DNA of 64,000 bases from Podospora anserina (taxonomy: Eukaryota): contig CM030336.1 in the NCBI GenBank assembly GCA_017654855.1, positions 3,410,001 through 3,474,000 on the forward strand, in the 5' to 3' direction. Made by a program: the position numbers and the translations under genes. Below the pieces are notes generated by a model that searched no databases, was not told the origin of the DNA, and saw nothing but the letters and a program-made list of their open reading frames with translations. Below are positions 11,810 through 25,651 of this stretch, piece by piece (within the stretch, counting starts at the first letter, position 1; each line of letters begins with the position of its first letter).

Positions 11810-14800
11810 ATGGCGGATCCTGATCCACCAAAACATGAGGTATGTTATGTGTAGAATATCTTTTTTGCGCGTCGTGATCAAGACCACTGACGGACCCTGT
11901 GCTTGCAGTCGGCCGGCTTGAGTCCCGCCACCAAGGAACGCGATGCGCCCAGCACCGCGACCACAACAACCGGCAATGGCGACCACAAAGCTAGCTCAAA
12001 ATTCCACCTCGATGTCGAAGACGCCCTGACGCCCGACCCGGGCACCGAGGACATGTTCATTGTCGAGAACAACAAGTTCGCCTACTCCCCCGGACAGCTC
12101 GCCAAGTTCTTCAACCCAAAGAGTCTCAATGCTTTCTTTGCCGTCGGTGGTTTGGCTGGGTTGGAAAAGGGTCTGCAGACAAACCGCGAGAGCGGTTTGA
12201 GTGTCGACGAAACCTCGGTGGGCTCGTCCGTTGCCTTTGAGGAGGTCGCGCCCAAGGGCGTGCCAAAATATGGATCTCATGGCGACACTGAACCCACCGT
12301 CAAGGGCGACAATCCGGCCGCCGCTGCCGCTGCTGCCAATGCCACAACTTCAACTCACGATGCCGGTGGCGCCTTTGCAGACCGCAAGCGCATCTTCAAA
12401 GAGAACAGATTGCCAGAGAAGAAAAGCAAATCGCTGCTGCAGCTCGCCTGGATCACCTACAACGACAAGATCTTGATCTTGCTGACGGCCGCCGCCGTTG
12501 TATCGCTTGCGCTTGGTCTGTATCAGACCTTTGGTGTCACTCATGAACCGGAGCCGGTTGCACCGGGCCAGCCCCCTGCTGAGGAGGGCGCCAAGGTCGA
12601 ATGGGTCGAGGGTGTGGCCATCATGGTCGCAATCATCATTGTGGTGGTGGTTGGTACGCTGAACGACTGGCAAATGGAACGGCAATTCAACAAGCTCAAC
12701 AAGAAACACAACGATCGCACCGTCAAAGTTATTCGCTCCGGCAAGTCTGCCGAGATCTCCGTCTTTGATATTGTGGTGGGTGATGTCATGCATCTGAGTC
12801 AAGGTGACATGGTGCCGGTCGACGGCATCTTCATCAGTGGGCACGGGGTGAAATGCGACGAGTCTTCGGCTACTGGCGAATCAGATCTCTTGAAAAAGGT
12901 TTCGGGCGAGGAAGTGTACAGGATCCTCGAGGCCATCTCGAGAGGCGAAGAGGCACCACACGACATCGAGAAGCTCGACCCATTCATCATCTCCGGCAGC
13001 AAGGTCAATGAAGGCACTGGCACCTTTTTGGTCACAGCTGTCGGTGTCAATTCTTGCTACGGACGCACCATGATGTCCTTGCACACCGAGACCGAAGACA
13101 CGCCTTTGCAAAAGAAGCTCAACCGCCTGGCAGATGGCATTGCCAAGTTTGGTGGTGGCGCTGCTTTGCTCTTGTTTGTCGTTCTTTTCATCAAGTTTCT
13201 TGCCTCCCTCCCGGGCAGCCAGGATACACCCGACCAAAAGGGCCAGACCTTCCTCCGGCTCTTCATCACTGCTGTGACTGTCGTCGTCGTTGCTGTTCCT
13301 GAGGGTCTGCCACTGGCTGTCACCCTGGCGCTTGCTTTTGCCACCACCAGGATGATGCGTGACAACAACTTGGTGCGGGTTTTGAAAGCTTGTGAGACGA
13401 TGGGCAATGCGACGACAGTATGCTCCGACAAGACCGGTACTCTCACACAAAACAAGATGACAGTGGTAGCGACAACACTCGGCAAAAGTATCAGCTTTGG
13501 CGGGACCGACGCCCCTCTGGATGACGACCCTGGCATCAAGACCGAAAAGTCCGCTGCCAACACGGTTCCCAACGTTCCGATTACCGAATTCACCCAGGGC
13601 TTGAGCAACACGGTCAAGAGGCTTCTTGTGCAGGCAAACGCTGTCAACTCGACTGCTTTTGAGGGCGAATCTGAAGGCGAGAAGACATTTGTTGGGTCCA
13701 AGACGGAAGTTGCGCTGCTTGTCCTCAGTCGCGATCACCTCGGCTCCGCCCCTGTCCAGGAGGAGCGGGCCAATTCCAACGTTGTCCAGGTTGTCCCTTT
13801 CGATTCGGCTGTCAAGTACATGGCAACTGTCGTCAAGCTCCCCGACGGCAGGTTCCGCGCATACGTCAAGGGTGCCTCCGAGATTCTGTTGGGCAAGTGC
13901 TCCAAGGTTATCGCCGATGCCAGTTCCGAGGAGCTTTCCGCCGTGGACATGACGGAAGACGACCGCGAAATGTTCGCCGAGACCATCACTTCATATGCCG
14001 GCCAAACCCTCCGCACAATTGGATCCTCGTACCGCGACTTTGAGTCCTGGCCGCCCCCGGAATTGGCTGGGCAGACGGAGCTCACAGCGGCTGAGTTCGA
14101 CAAGGTTCACAAGGACATGACGCTCCTTGCCATCTTTGGCATCAAGGACCCCCTGAGACCCACCGTCAAGAAGGCTATCGAGGACTGCAAGCGTGCTCAC
14201 GTCAAGGTTCGCATGGTCACAGGCGACAATCTGCTCACCGGTCGCGCTATCGCCAAGGAATGCGGTATTTACAACCCCAAGGAGGGCGGCATCGCCATGG
14301 AGGGCCCCGTTTTCCGTCGCAAGACCCCTGAGGAGTTGAAGGAGCTCGTACCCAAGCTCGAGGTGCTCGCCCGTTCCAGTCCTGAGGACAAGCGTATTCT
14401 GGTCAAGACGTTAAAGGATCTTGGTGAAACGGTTGCTGTCACTGGCGACGGTACCAACGATGCCCCGGCTCTCAAGATGGCTGATATCGGCTTTGCCATG
14501 GGTATCGCTGGTACTGAAGTCGCCAAGGAGGCTGCCGCTATCATTCTCATGGATGACAACTTTGCTTCCATTGTCAAGGGTATCAGCTGGGGTCGTGCCG
14601 TCAATGACGCCGTCAAGAAGTTCCTGCAGGTATGTATGCTCCTCTGATGTCTCTGTTGTGTGATGATGAACAACGCTGACATGTTCCAAAGTTCCAACTC
14701 ACGGTCAACGTCACCGCCGTGGTCGTCACCTTCGTTACAGCAGTTGCCAGCGACAAGGAGGAATCCGTCCTCAACGCTGTTCAACTTCTTTGGGTCAACC

Positions 14801-15648
14801 TCATCATGGACACGTTTGCCGCCCTTGCCCTTGCCACTGATCCTCCCACCGATTCAATTCTCAACCGCGCTCCCGACAAGAAGACGGCCCCGCTGATCAA
14901 CACTCGCATGGGTAAGATGATCATCGGTCAAGCCATCTGCCAGCTCGCCATTACGCTCGTCCTGCATTTTGCCGGTCCCACGTTGATGGGCTACGATATG
15001 ACCAACCTCGATCAGCAAGAGCACATGAAGACCCTCGTGTTCAACACGTTTGTCTGGCTCCAGATCTTCAACCAGCTCAACAGTCGCCGTCTTGATAACC
15101 ACCTCAACATTTTTGAAGGCATTACTCGCAACCGGTTTTACATCGTTATCAATCTGATCATGATCGGTGGCCAGGTCCTCATCATCTTCGTGGGCGGTGC
15201 CGCCTTTGGAATCCGTCCTCTCACCGGAAAGGAATGGGGCATGTCTATTGGACTGGGTGCCATCTCCGTCCCCTGGGGTATCCTGATTCGCAAGTTCCCT
15301 GATGCGTGGGCCGCCGCCTTGACTCCTCACATCAAGTTCCCCAAGCTCCGTCTCCGCAAGAGCAAGAAGAAGGATGACTTGGAGAAGACGTCGGAGGATG
15401 CTGAAGCGCAGAAATCAAAGGATCTCGCGACGGATAGCGAGAGCGAACGTTTTGGCCCGCCATTGAGGACGCTGACTAGTATTCGCGGCAAGCGGGCCTC
15501 GACACATATTCGCCGGGGTTTCAGAGAGTACATGCACGACAAGAAGACGCAAGTCAAGGACAAGGTTGCCGGAGGGAGCACCACCAATGTTGCTCCCGAG
15601 GGGGCTGCGCCAGTGAATGGCACAGGAGGGGTTGCAAAGAAGGCCTAG
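11810..15648 (+). CDS. P-type IIB (PMCA/Pmc1-like) Ca2+-transporting ATPase; introns ~11840-11908 and ~14630-14691
   Basis: DESSATGES, VAVPEGLPLAVT, phosphorylation site CSDKTGTLT, KGASE, MVTGDN, TGDGTNDAPAL, QLLWVNLIMDT. Confidence 0.97.
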
Positions 15649-15983
15649 GTGGACTACAAGTTTGGGGATGCCTCCTGAGCCAGGGGGGTTTTCGATAATG
15701 GTGGGGTTTTTGTGTTGCGTGCGAAAAAAGGATACGGACTCGGGATGAAATTCTGTTTTTGGTTGACATGGGCTTAGCAGGTTTTGTTGTTGGGAACACA
15801 TACATACGGATACCCCTGGTTTTTTTTCGTTGCTTTGCGGTGTGGGTTGTCGGATGAAGGAGAGATTAATCTGGCCGCTGCTGTTTTATAGGTACTTGAT
15901 GGTAGTACGGTTTCTTTTAATGACGTCGCTTTTGACGCTTCTTTTCTTGTGTAGCGCCAGCGGATTGGTATCTTGGTGGTGGG

Positions 15984-16011
15984 TGGGATGGGATGGGATG
16001 GGATGGGATGG
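15984..16011. repeat. (GGGAT)n pentanucleotide microsatellite
   Basis: gggatgggatgggatgggatgggatgga. Confidence 0.9.
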
Positions 16012-16523
16012 AATGGGGACATGAATATAATGAGTGAAAAGAAGTTTTACTTGGTGATGTGATGGTGGGTAGTGAGATGCCACGTCGGTGACGAAATTAC
16101 TTGTGACAATCCAAAGGTGACTCGGTGAGCTTCTACATTCACGGTCCTAAAAAAAACCACCTGTTTATGGATTTAAATCCAGAAAACTCACAGAATAAGG
16201 AAGAAGCCCGTCAAAGTTTCTACACAAACTTTTGTTGTTTTCCAGGTTATTATGAGGTTTGATGGTGTGGTTGGGGGTGGTTATACTGCGGAAGGTTAGA
16301 AGTGCTATTGCGCAAGTAATTTTGTCGCCCAGGTAGAATGCTTTGTTCCGTTTGATGGGTATATTCTTCCTTGCTGGGATGATGTTCAAGGCGCTGGGTG
16401 AGAGAGGTTGGAATAATTTGAAAGGCCCTCGTGAACGCTACTGAACTTGGCATCTTTTGTTGCTGTGATAACAACATCCCGCATACCAACACTCTAACCG
16501 TTCCTGTGCTGTTGACCTCAGTC

Positions 16524-16714
16524 CTATCTGGCGGTAGGATCGTACTTGATGCTACCCCCGCATCTTTTCTTCCCGCAGTCGACCGCCCTGTAGGCTGTGA
16601 CCTCTTTTTTGGACCCGTCCGGGTTGGTTACGGCTGTGGTGAACTTTCCGGTGGAGCACCTGTCACGGTCAGTACTCAACATAAGTGAGTGTGGGGTGGT
16701 GGTAGTAGTTACAT
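16524..16714 (-). CDS. Putative 45-aa micro-protein with intron-split start codon (MCSTGKFTTAVTNPDGSKKEVTAYRAVDCGKKRCGGSIKYDPTAR)
   Basis: CACC AT|GTAACT...TACTGAC CGTGACAG|G TGC; 53-nt intron 16660-16712; TATAAAAA ~120 bp upstream and a C/T-rich leader. Confidence 0.55.
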
Positions 16715-18255
16715 GGTGACTTTTGGATACTGTTATTACTCTGGTTGGGAATGTGTTGAAGGAGGTTTGGAAAGCTGATTGGAGATACGAAGGAGAGAAT
16801 GAGTTTGGGGTTTGGGAGAAAGGTCTTGCTTTTTATAATTGATGGTATACGCCTGCTCGGACGTCATTAAAGTGCTGGGTTGTCTTTTTGTCTGAGGCTT
16901 TGATAAGGCGTTGATGCCCGCCCCGGGCGAGGCGAGCGGCGCTTGCTGTTTGGGGAAAGGGGGATGACCATCATGTTGTTGGTGATACGGAAGCCGGGCA
17001 CGGAGAAGGTGCACTTTTGTAATTCATTGGGTGAGATTGTCCTGGTGGCTGGAGCATTGAGGCTTCTGCGGTTCAGAAGAAAGAAGGAAACTTTGAGCAG
17101 AAAGATGATCGAACCGGAAATCTCGAGCCCATTGTCGGATCCACTTCTTAGGCGTAGCATAGTCTGTATAGGTGAGCCCCTTACCACTTGACCAAGCTGC
17201 CGTTGGGTGGTTTCGATGTCTGCTCCTGCCGACACTCGGCCCTTGTGCGTTGCTCGTGCCTGTTGCTCTGGGAGGACAGGTGCGAGAGGCTCATGGTACA
17301 GCAGACGAACGCGATGTGAACTATGGACGTTGAGGTACGTGACAGCTGCCGACGAACGGAACTACATGGGGTTTAATTTTGCGTTCTCATTAGAGAGCTA
17401 GAAGTCTCAAGACATTCCGCAGAGTTGTAATTCTTACCTTCTCAGTCTTGAAGGCAGCATGATCGGCAGACAAGTCGGCAACCCCCCGGCAGGTTAGCTA
17501 GGCAGATCTTTCCCCCTCCCACATGAGGAAACTCGCAAGTCCTGCCATCTAGAATCTAGAACCCCACACTACGATCCAACAACAGACGCCCCGTTCCGAT
17601 ACCAAGAAGGGCTAATGTAACGCCAGTATGACAAGGCTGATTGCCGAGACTCTTTTTTTCACGACAGAGACGTCTGCGTTAGATGCCGAGGAGAACATGT
17701 GGTTGGGATGCTGTGTAACAAGCCACATGTGGGCTTCATTGGAGGGCGCAGGGTCTGGTAGCTCAAAAGGAGGAGATGAGTAAGCGTCTACCACACCACC
17801 CAGGTGAGGGGCTATTTATCTGTTGATGGGAAATGTGTTCGGGGCATTGAGGCCCGGAATCGGATAGATTTCCTGAGGGGGAGAGAGTTTGGTACGGGGA
17901 GAGGGAGGTCTGATAGGTCGAGCCGCGTGGGAAGGCATGTGGTGAAGGGGTTCAGTCATGTCAGATTTTCTGTGTGGATGGAGGAGAAGGGGTGAGCTGT
18001 GAGATACTACCCATTAGTTTTGTGGCGGACCAACAGACGGGACTATCGCTTTGTGCATGATGGCTTTTGGTTGATGTTGGTAGTAGCTACTACGTGTGAC
18101 TCCAACCTCCATGTCAGATATTAACTAGCCACCCGTGCATGGACATAAATTGGTCTTTTCATCCATCCCCTCTCTTAGCCGCCCCTCTTGTTTGCTTCCC
18201 ACTTCCTTTCTTCACATCTTCTCCGCAGCAAAAGACGCCCCACCCGGTGACCATC

Positions 18256-19571
18256 ATGAACCTCCTCCTATCCCTCTCCCTCCTGGGAGTAGCAGCCCTC
18301 TCCAATCCCCTCCCCCAACCCGGACCAAACCCCAACGACCCCAACGACCCCTTCCCCCCCCTACCCCCCGACCTCACCTTCGACGACATCGCCGAGTTCC
18401 CCACCTTCAACGGCACAGGCGCAACAATGCTCCGCTTCGGCTGCCACCAGCTCGTAATCGACCGCATCGACCCCCTCGTCAACCCCCGCGCCGTCCCCTC
18501 CCCCCACCAGCACCAAATCGTCGGCGGCGACGCCTTCGACGCGTACATGCCCCTCAAGGACATCGCCAAACGCTCCTCCTGCACCGGCTGCTCGTACAGC
18601 GACGACTTTAGCAACTACTGGACTTCCAACTTGTACTTCAGAGCACGGAATGGTAGTTACAAACGAGTCAAACAGATTCCGAATAACCTGCAGTTTAACG
18701 ATACTTTTGCCACGCAGACGGAGGGGGGGTTGACGGCGTATTATGTCAGTCCTGGGCAGGGGGAGCAGGGGGTGAAGGCTTTCAAGCCGGGGTTTAGGAT
18801 GTTTTTTGGGGATGCGGCGCTGAGGGCGAGGCCGACGACGGGGTTCAACTTGAGCAGGCAGACTTGTTTCAGGTGTTATACTGGGCCGGGGTTTGAGGGG
18901 GATAATCTGCCTCCGTGTCAGGATCCGGCGGTGGATAGTTGGGGGTTGCCGCAGAGGAAGTGTTTTGGGATTAGGAGCAATATCCTGTTTCCGACGTGAG
19001 TCCTCTTTTCACGCCCTTTGATACTCTTGCCGGCTTCGGCGTCGGCGACTAACAAGACCAAAGCTGCTGGGACGGCGTCACACTCGACACTCCCGACCAC
19101 AAATCCCACGTCGCCTACCCCCTCGAGGGACCCCAACCATTCAGCGCCTTCCGCACCGCCGAAGCCTGTCCTCCTTCTCACCCGGTCAAGATCCCTCAGG
19201 TCATGTTGGAGATCGTCTGGGACACCACCCCCTTCAACGACCCTGAGCTCTGGCCTGCCGACGGCTCTCAGCCGTTTGTCTTGTCGACTGGTGACCGCTC
19301 GGGCTACAGCCAACACGCGGATTACGTCTTTGGGTGGAAGGGACAGGAGCTGCAAAAGGCGATGAATGCCGGCTGTGCGGCAGCGAATTGTCCCGGGATC
19401 AAGGTGCAGAGTTTGAAGAAGGCCAACAAGTGCAAGGTGAAGCCGTTGGTGAAGGAGAAGTCCGAGGGGTGTAAGTTTTGTTTCTTAGACACTGTATGTG
19501 ACGTGACGTGGAGCTGACAACACTGGACGATAGGGTTGAGTGCGTTGCCTGGTGGGATTCAGGCTCAGTGA
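18256..19571 (+). CDS. Secreted DUF1996-domain protein, 3 exons
   Basis: Signal peptide MNLLLSLSLLGVAALS; RIDPLVNP..SPHQHQIVGGDAF, DFSNYW, FPT|CWDG, CPPSHPVKIPQVMLE, GYSQHADYVFGW; introns at ~18996 and ~19471. Confidence 0.92.
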
Positions 19572-22500
19572 GATGTAGTGGCCATCTGAGTTTATGTGAC
19601 CGGGGAGAAGAAAGCTCACCCATAGTTTCAAGACTTTGCATCACCCATTGGTGGCTGGATTGCGTGGATGTGAAGATGTGTGAATGACTGGAGTAATGCT
19701 CCCCAGTCCCAATCTTCCTCCGCCAGAGGAGGTACCTATGGAGCGGTCCCTTCCACACATGCCTGGACCGAGCGCTACCTCGATTACCACCCCACACACA
19801 CTAACATATAGACAACCATTCTATCTCCGAACGCCCACAGCTCAAGGTTACATGCCAGGATTCAACCCGCATCCGATAGCTATACCAGGCCAGGGCTCCA
19901 AGAGCCAAACACTCAGCTGAGGAACATTCGGGTGAGTTAAAGCCCATCACTTCCCAACTCGAGGAACCTCCTTCGCTACACACACCCATTTTAAAGCCAC
20001 CACGTGCATTTGCCGTGCCCTTACTCCAGACCAACCGGACTCTGCCAGCCTCGTTCTCAAGAAACTCACGGATGCAGGGCCAAGATGGATCGTGAAAGGC
20101 CGGAACGAATATCGGAGTTCACCCCGTAGCTATAAGCCAATTGTTACTTGTCTGATGAGGGGGCACGTAGACATATATAACACGCCCCCGTCTTGGCACT
20201 ATGAAGTCATCATGACACCAAGAATTTGATGCCTGGGCGATGGATAGGATCTCGGTTAAGATTCGGGATCGATCCACTTGATTGGTATCCAAGTACCTGA
20301 CCAAACCCCAAGGGGACTTGTTAAGATTTCCACTCGTTTTGAGATGGTGGAATGGAAGGATCATTTCCTCCGGTGTCCGAAAGCACGCGGGGGAATCATC
20401 GTCCCATGTGGTTCCTGGATTTGATCAGTGTTTCACTTCATCGATGTTTCCACTTTTCTTGCTTTGCCCTTGAACCCTGAAGTGCGCTATCCGAATCGCT
20501 CATGTTGAACAGCACGGGAAAGGAAGGATGGGAATTCATGGAAAGCTGGTTTGTTGCATCCATCCTCCTGACTTTTGATGAGGGGGGGTGGTGGAGGGGG
20601 GGAAATACGACGGTGAGTCGGCAATTGGCTCTCCTCACCGCTTCCCTCTTTTCGGATATCTTCCTTCCCGTCAGGCCTCACCACTGCTACCCTGTGCGTG
20701 CGGATACGGTGTTGCGAGCGAGCGAGCGAGCAGAGAATCCCCCTCCCCCGGTGGACTACAAGGCACCTATCACGGATATCTTTATGGCAGCTGGAGGGGG
20801 TGTTTGTCAGAGGCCAGCTGATGTGCTGCAAAGGAGGGTCTTGGGTGTCATTCTCGGCTGCGCGGCTGGTGCTGGGACCAGGCTTGCTGCCCTGGGCTGG
20901 CTGGCCACACACACGGCTTCCCGTCGTTGCATCACGCACGCCCTGCTTCCACCACTGCACTGCGAGGCCCCCCTCCGAGACGCAAGCAACACTTGCACTG
21001 CAGGGCGGGCATAGCCGCTCTCGTGTCGATGTATCTTTACATACTTCGTACGGAGTATGCACCGGCGTTTATCCGGCCGATGAACTGCCCTTCTTGTCCT
21101 TCGAGACCTATGCGCTGTTTTCGCTTCCGCGACTTTCTTCTTCCATGTCAATCACTCGTTGGTCGCGGCTGCTCAGGCTAACTACCCGATGGATGCAGTG
21201 TCATGCATTTTATTACACTACACCGGTCAGCGATGATGATGGTGTGTGTGATGAAAGCATCGGTACAGTGTCGAGAGTGTTGAAAAGCGCAATGCGGGTG
21301 GAGGCAACCGAGATGTAACTAATAAACGGAGTGAGCCGACAATGACGACGCCGCAGCTGCGGGCTCCGCACTGGCGTTTGGTGCGCGGCACCCACCCGGC
21401 CGCCCGGTTTTGGGGGAGAGGAAGGGGGACAGAACCCCACCCAAAGCTTATTAACACCACTAAGTTAATTTGCTTGGGGCTAGCCAGGTACACTGCAACT
21501 ACCTTAGTCAGGGGAAGGAAAGTGGAAGAACAAGTGCTTTTGTTTTGCGCGCAAAAAATAGAAAAAAGTAACACAAAGGTAAAAATATACACTCTACATA
21601 CGTGGGGGTAGCGTCGTGGCCAAGAAGAGAACAACACAATGTGAAACAAACACAAACACTCCCCCAGGTGGTGTGCGCAACAATGCCCTGGGAGGGATTT
21701 GGGTGATTGAGTAATCCAAGCCTGTGTGTGATCTGCTAGTCGCCGCCGGCAGCCCACGCCGAGCTAATCCCCACTACTGCCGGGATTCTTCGAGCCCAGG
21801 GGGGCGGGGGACTGGCCGCCGGGGACCCGGAACCTCTCTGGAGAGGTCACGGATCGCCCGGACCGGTGTATGCGCTGCGAATTACCTCGAAACACACATT
21901 TTCTTATTTTCCTCTCACTCACCCACTTGTCACCACCAGCCCTCCATCCCTCCTCCCTCGCATACACTACCACTACACCATTCAGACTATCCAACGGCGA
22001 ACAGCCATCTTGGCCGATGCTCTGATTGATCAGGTACGCTACCTCGGAACATCCTAGTGTGCGAGTCTAGCGCGCGTAATCCCACGGAGCAACTGGGACC
22101 ATTCTGGGCTGTAGCAGTGCAGCAGAGCTCACCCGCCCCCCCTGAGGTGTGCTGCCCGCTGCCGCTGCCGCTGCCTGTGTGTGCTGAGGGCACCACCCCA
22201 ACGGCAACCGGGATGGCTCCGCGGTCCAATGGCGGAGGACGGGACCTGGAGGTGTCGGATCGTTCGGTGAGGAGTCCGCCCTTTTTTCTTTTCTTCGATT
22301 CCCAACTCCCAGCGGTTGTCGGTGGAGGGGTGGCTTGGGGCCAGACCAGAACAAGGCACGAGCCGACCACTGAGAACTGACAGTCACATCTCAGATTTCT
22401 TCCTCCAGAGGGGCAGCACCAACAGCGATGGATGACCTGCACAGTCCCCACCATTGGTTGGTTGTGTCAGCCAGCTGGGGTTCCACTCTGATGCCACTGT

Positions 22501-23851
22501 TCCTGGGACTCCCCCCGGCGTATGCAGGGCTACGAACATGGCGTGTGCACACGGGGAACTAACCCAGGTCTCCCGGGGGCTTGGTCACACGACGGCCCAA
22601 TGTCCTCTTTTGGTGGCCCTCTCACGTCTCTGCTACCTCTGTCACCTCTGGAGCAAATTCCGAACCCCCTGACAGACACTACAGCATACAGCACGGCACT
22701 AGACACCTCTTGGGCTCCATTTCCCGCTCGAGGTCCTTGCTTCTGTTCAGATTTGCTGATCCGATTTTCTCTCTTGTTCACGAGCACCGAGCACCAGGCG
22801 GCCCCTGCGTGTCATATTTAAGTGGGTGAATGGTTGATGGAGGGTGTGTGCACAAGAACGAACCCACTGCCCTGGCTCGCCCCCCGGGCTGACGGATTGC
22901 TTGGGCTGAGCCGGGACAGGGGTTGCAGAGAGGCGCAACGAGAAAATTGAACAAAATGGGCTCAGGGACCCAGGTCATCAAATTCGCTGATCTGCTCTGC
23001 TTGCCATCCGTCCCTCGCCCGGCAAGTCTTAAATACCCCGGGGCGGAGCCAATTCCGTCATGAGTGTGTCTCTCGTCTGCTATCAAGAAGAACTCGCCAA
23101 CTTTCATCCCGAGCCGTGCCGGTGCTGTCGTTGTTGCTGCTGTCGGCCATGGCGATGAACCACGACCATGACCAGCATCGCATCAACCCTCCTCACCACC
23201 TGTGCTCCGAATCAACACGTCCCGGCCCCGTACCCGTCCAGCAACACATCCAACTCCTCCAGCACCACCGCCACCACCACTGCAGCTGGAACCAACCCAA
23301 CACGCACACGCTTCCATAAAAGACTTTAATCCGAGAAAAGCTGCCACACCACACCTGAGACAACCGAATTGCTTTTTTCCCTCACTGCTCCCACTCACTG
23401 GCTTTGGGGTGTCCGGGGAAGCCCTCCACGTCATCCGCCGGGCCGGCCCCCTTCCCCCCCCCTCCCTTGGGTTGCTCCTCGGGAGCTGGATCAGGAACTT
23501 GAGACTCCTCGTATCTTCTTCATCGAAGCCGGTGAAAGAGCAATTGAAGCCGGCCACCTGGCAGCAATCACCTGCCTAGATAGCATAGAGCCTCTTTGTC
23601 CACCGACTCCCGATACCGTCAGCCGGCCTCTCTGTCTGCAGTATCCCCGAGTATAAGATCCCGGCCACTTGGCACCTTTGCACACTCACCCCCTCCCGCA
23701 ACAACAACCACCAGCCTACCATTTCATGATCCCCTACTCTGGTCATATCGAGGAAAAGACCTCGCTCCGTTGGCGACAACACTTTCGATACACCAGCAAC
23801 CCTTACGCGGCTTCTCGGTCCGATATCTCACCCAACAACACCGACGCAGCC

Positions 23852-25353
23852 ATGAGTGACCAACCCTTCCCGACTGCCGCCTTCAAGCAGCAGTACCACG
23901 GCATCGAGGTCTCCTTCCCTGCAGGACAAGGCGACTTCCGCAGCGTGCGCAACTCGTGTGCAGCAGCATGCCGTGCATTCAACAGCACACCAGAGGATGC
24001 CGACGTAAAAGTCCGCGGCGAGAAGTGGCTCGAGTACGTTTTATGTTTCTTGTTCTCCGATCGGTCCCGGCCGAGTACCTCGGAGTTTGTCTTATGTGCC
24101 CTGTGTTTCGACGGCTAACAAGCGTTTTTTTTGTTTTGTTTCTTGTAGCATTGTCAAGCCCAACCGTCCTAAGAAGGCGGATGGTACTTCGGCAGAGGAG
24201 GGCACCATGGTCACCCACGACCAGGCCATCACCAACCCTACCCTCAAGGCCACCATCCCGTTTGTCAAGCCTCCTCTCTGGGTTGACTACGGTACTCGTC
24301 TCAAGGTGGCGAGCACCACCTTCATCAACCGCAACTGCGTGATCCTCGACACGCCCGTGGCTGACTTGATCATTGGGGAACGCTGCAACATTGGCACCAA
24401 TTGTACCATTGTCTGCGTTGGTCGTAAGTTTTCTCTCTCCCCCCCTCTCTCCCCCTTCTCTCTCCCTCCCCGGTCTCGTTTCTTTTCTTTCTCTCTGTGT
24501 GGTGTGTTCAGCTCAGCCTGCTTTCCCCCGCCTCCCTTCTCATGTCTCGGAATCATCCGGTCCGGGCAAACGGGAGCTGTTCCCGAGGATCAAAGTAGCG
24601 GGAACTTTTGTCTCGCACTGCTGCAGATGCATCCCAATGGGGAAGTCGATGACCAACAAGACATGACACTAACACACAACAACAGACCCAGTCAGCCTGG
24701 AAGGGCGAAGGACGACCAAGCTGAGCACCGGTGCTCCCGTCACGATTGGCAACGATGTTTGGATCGGCGCCAACGTCACCATCCTGTGAGTTCTTTTTTT
24801 TCTTTTTTTTGGGGGGTTCTTTTCATGATACACCTCTCAGATATGATTGGTCAGATAAATCCCCCCCCCCCGGTTACCTGATGCTTTTTGCTGACCATGC
24901 AGACCGGGTGTCTCGATTGGAAACGGCGCAGTCATTGGCGCCGGCACGGTAGTAAACTGCAACATCCCACCCATGACCCTTGCCGTCGGGTCACCTGTCC
25001 GGCTGGTCAAGGCGCTGGCCCTCAACGAGGACAAGCCAGCCGTTTTGATCAAGACACTCGACGAGTCAAAGGAGCTGACCAACTCGTTACCCATGGAGCA
25101 TTGGGACGGGACCGACGCTGCCTTTCGCGCCGCCCAGGCCGCGCAGCTCGCGCAAAAGAGCAACCGGCGGGGGGGCAGCGAGCAGCAGCGCGTGGAGGAG
25201 CAGCAGCGGGAGCGGCTCAGAAAGTCGGAGATTGTCGTCATTGCGGCTGTCACGACGGTGGTGCTCGCGCTGCTGATGCTGTTTAGCTTGTTCTTCTTTG
25301 CGGGGCTGTATCTGGGGGAGAGCAGGGGCTGTTTGAGGAGCTCCGATCTTTGA
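23852..25353 (+). CDS. Maltose/galactoside O-acetyltransferase-like protein (hexapeptide-repeat beta-helix) with C-terminal TM helix; 4 exons; alternative in-frame ATG at 23726
   Basis: Spliced: FVKPPLWVDYG...FINRNCVILD...IGERCNIG...VGHP...[34 protein letters not shown]...AVGSP; hydrophobic tail IVVIAAVTTVVLALLMLFSLFFFAGLYL. Confidence 0.88.
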
Positions 25354-25437
25354 TGACACACCTCACCTAACCCAGCAAACTGACCTCACACGCTACACCA
25401 AACAACAACCCACCACACGGCCGGCTCTTGTCGTGGG

Positions 25438-25617
25438 CAACAACGACAACAACGACAACGACAACGACAACAACAACAACAGCAGCAGCAACAACAAGAA
25501 ATTATACACATCGGAAGGGAATAAAGCCGATACTTAATAGAGGAGGATTCACACCAACAACGCCGACTCGACAAAAGGGACCCACAGAACAAACGAGCGA
25601 CACCAAACACGCATTGT

Positions 25618-25650
<33 letters not shown>
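25438..25650. repeat. CAA/CAACGA microsatellite clusters in the 3' region
   Basis: (caacaacga)-like run at ~25438-25495 and (caa)n at ~25618-25650. Confidence 0.85.

Positions 25651-25651
<1 letters not shown>

Noticed and set aside
11996-15805. Long minus-strand ORFs (up to 285 aa) over the Ca2+-ATPase
   Set aside because: Antisense artefacts of strong codon bias; no domain motifs.
20487-23685. Overlapping 100-200 aa ORFs on both strands
   Set aside because: No domains or splice-consistent gene model; GC-rich non-coding sequence gives such ORFs by chance.
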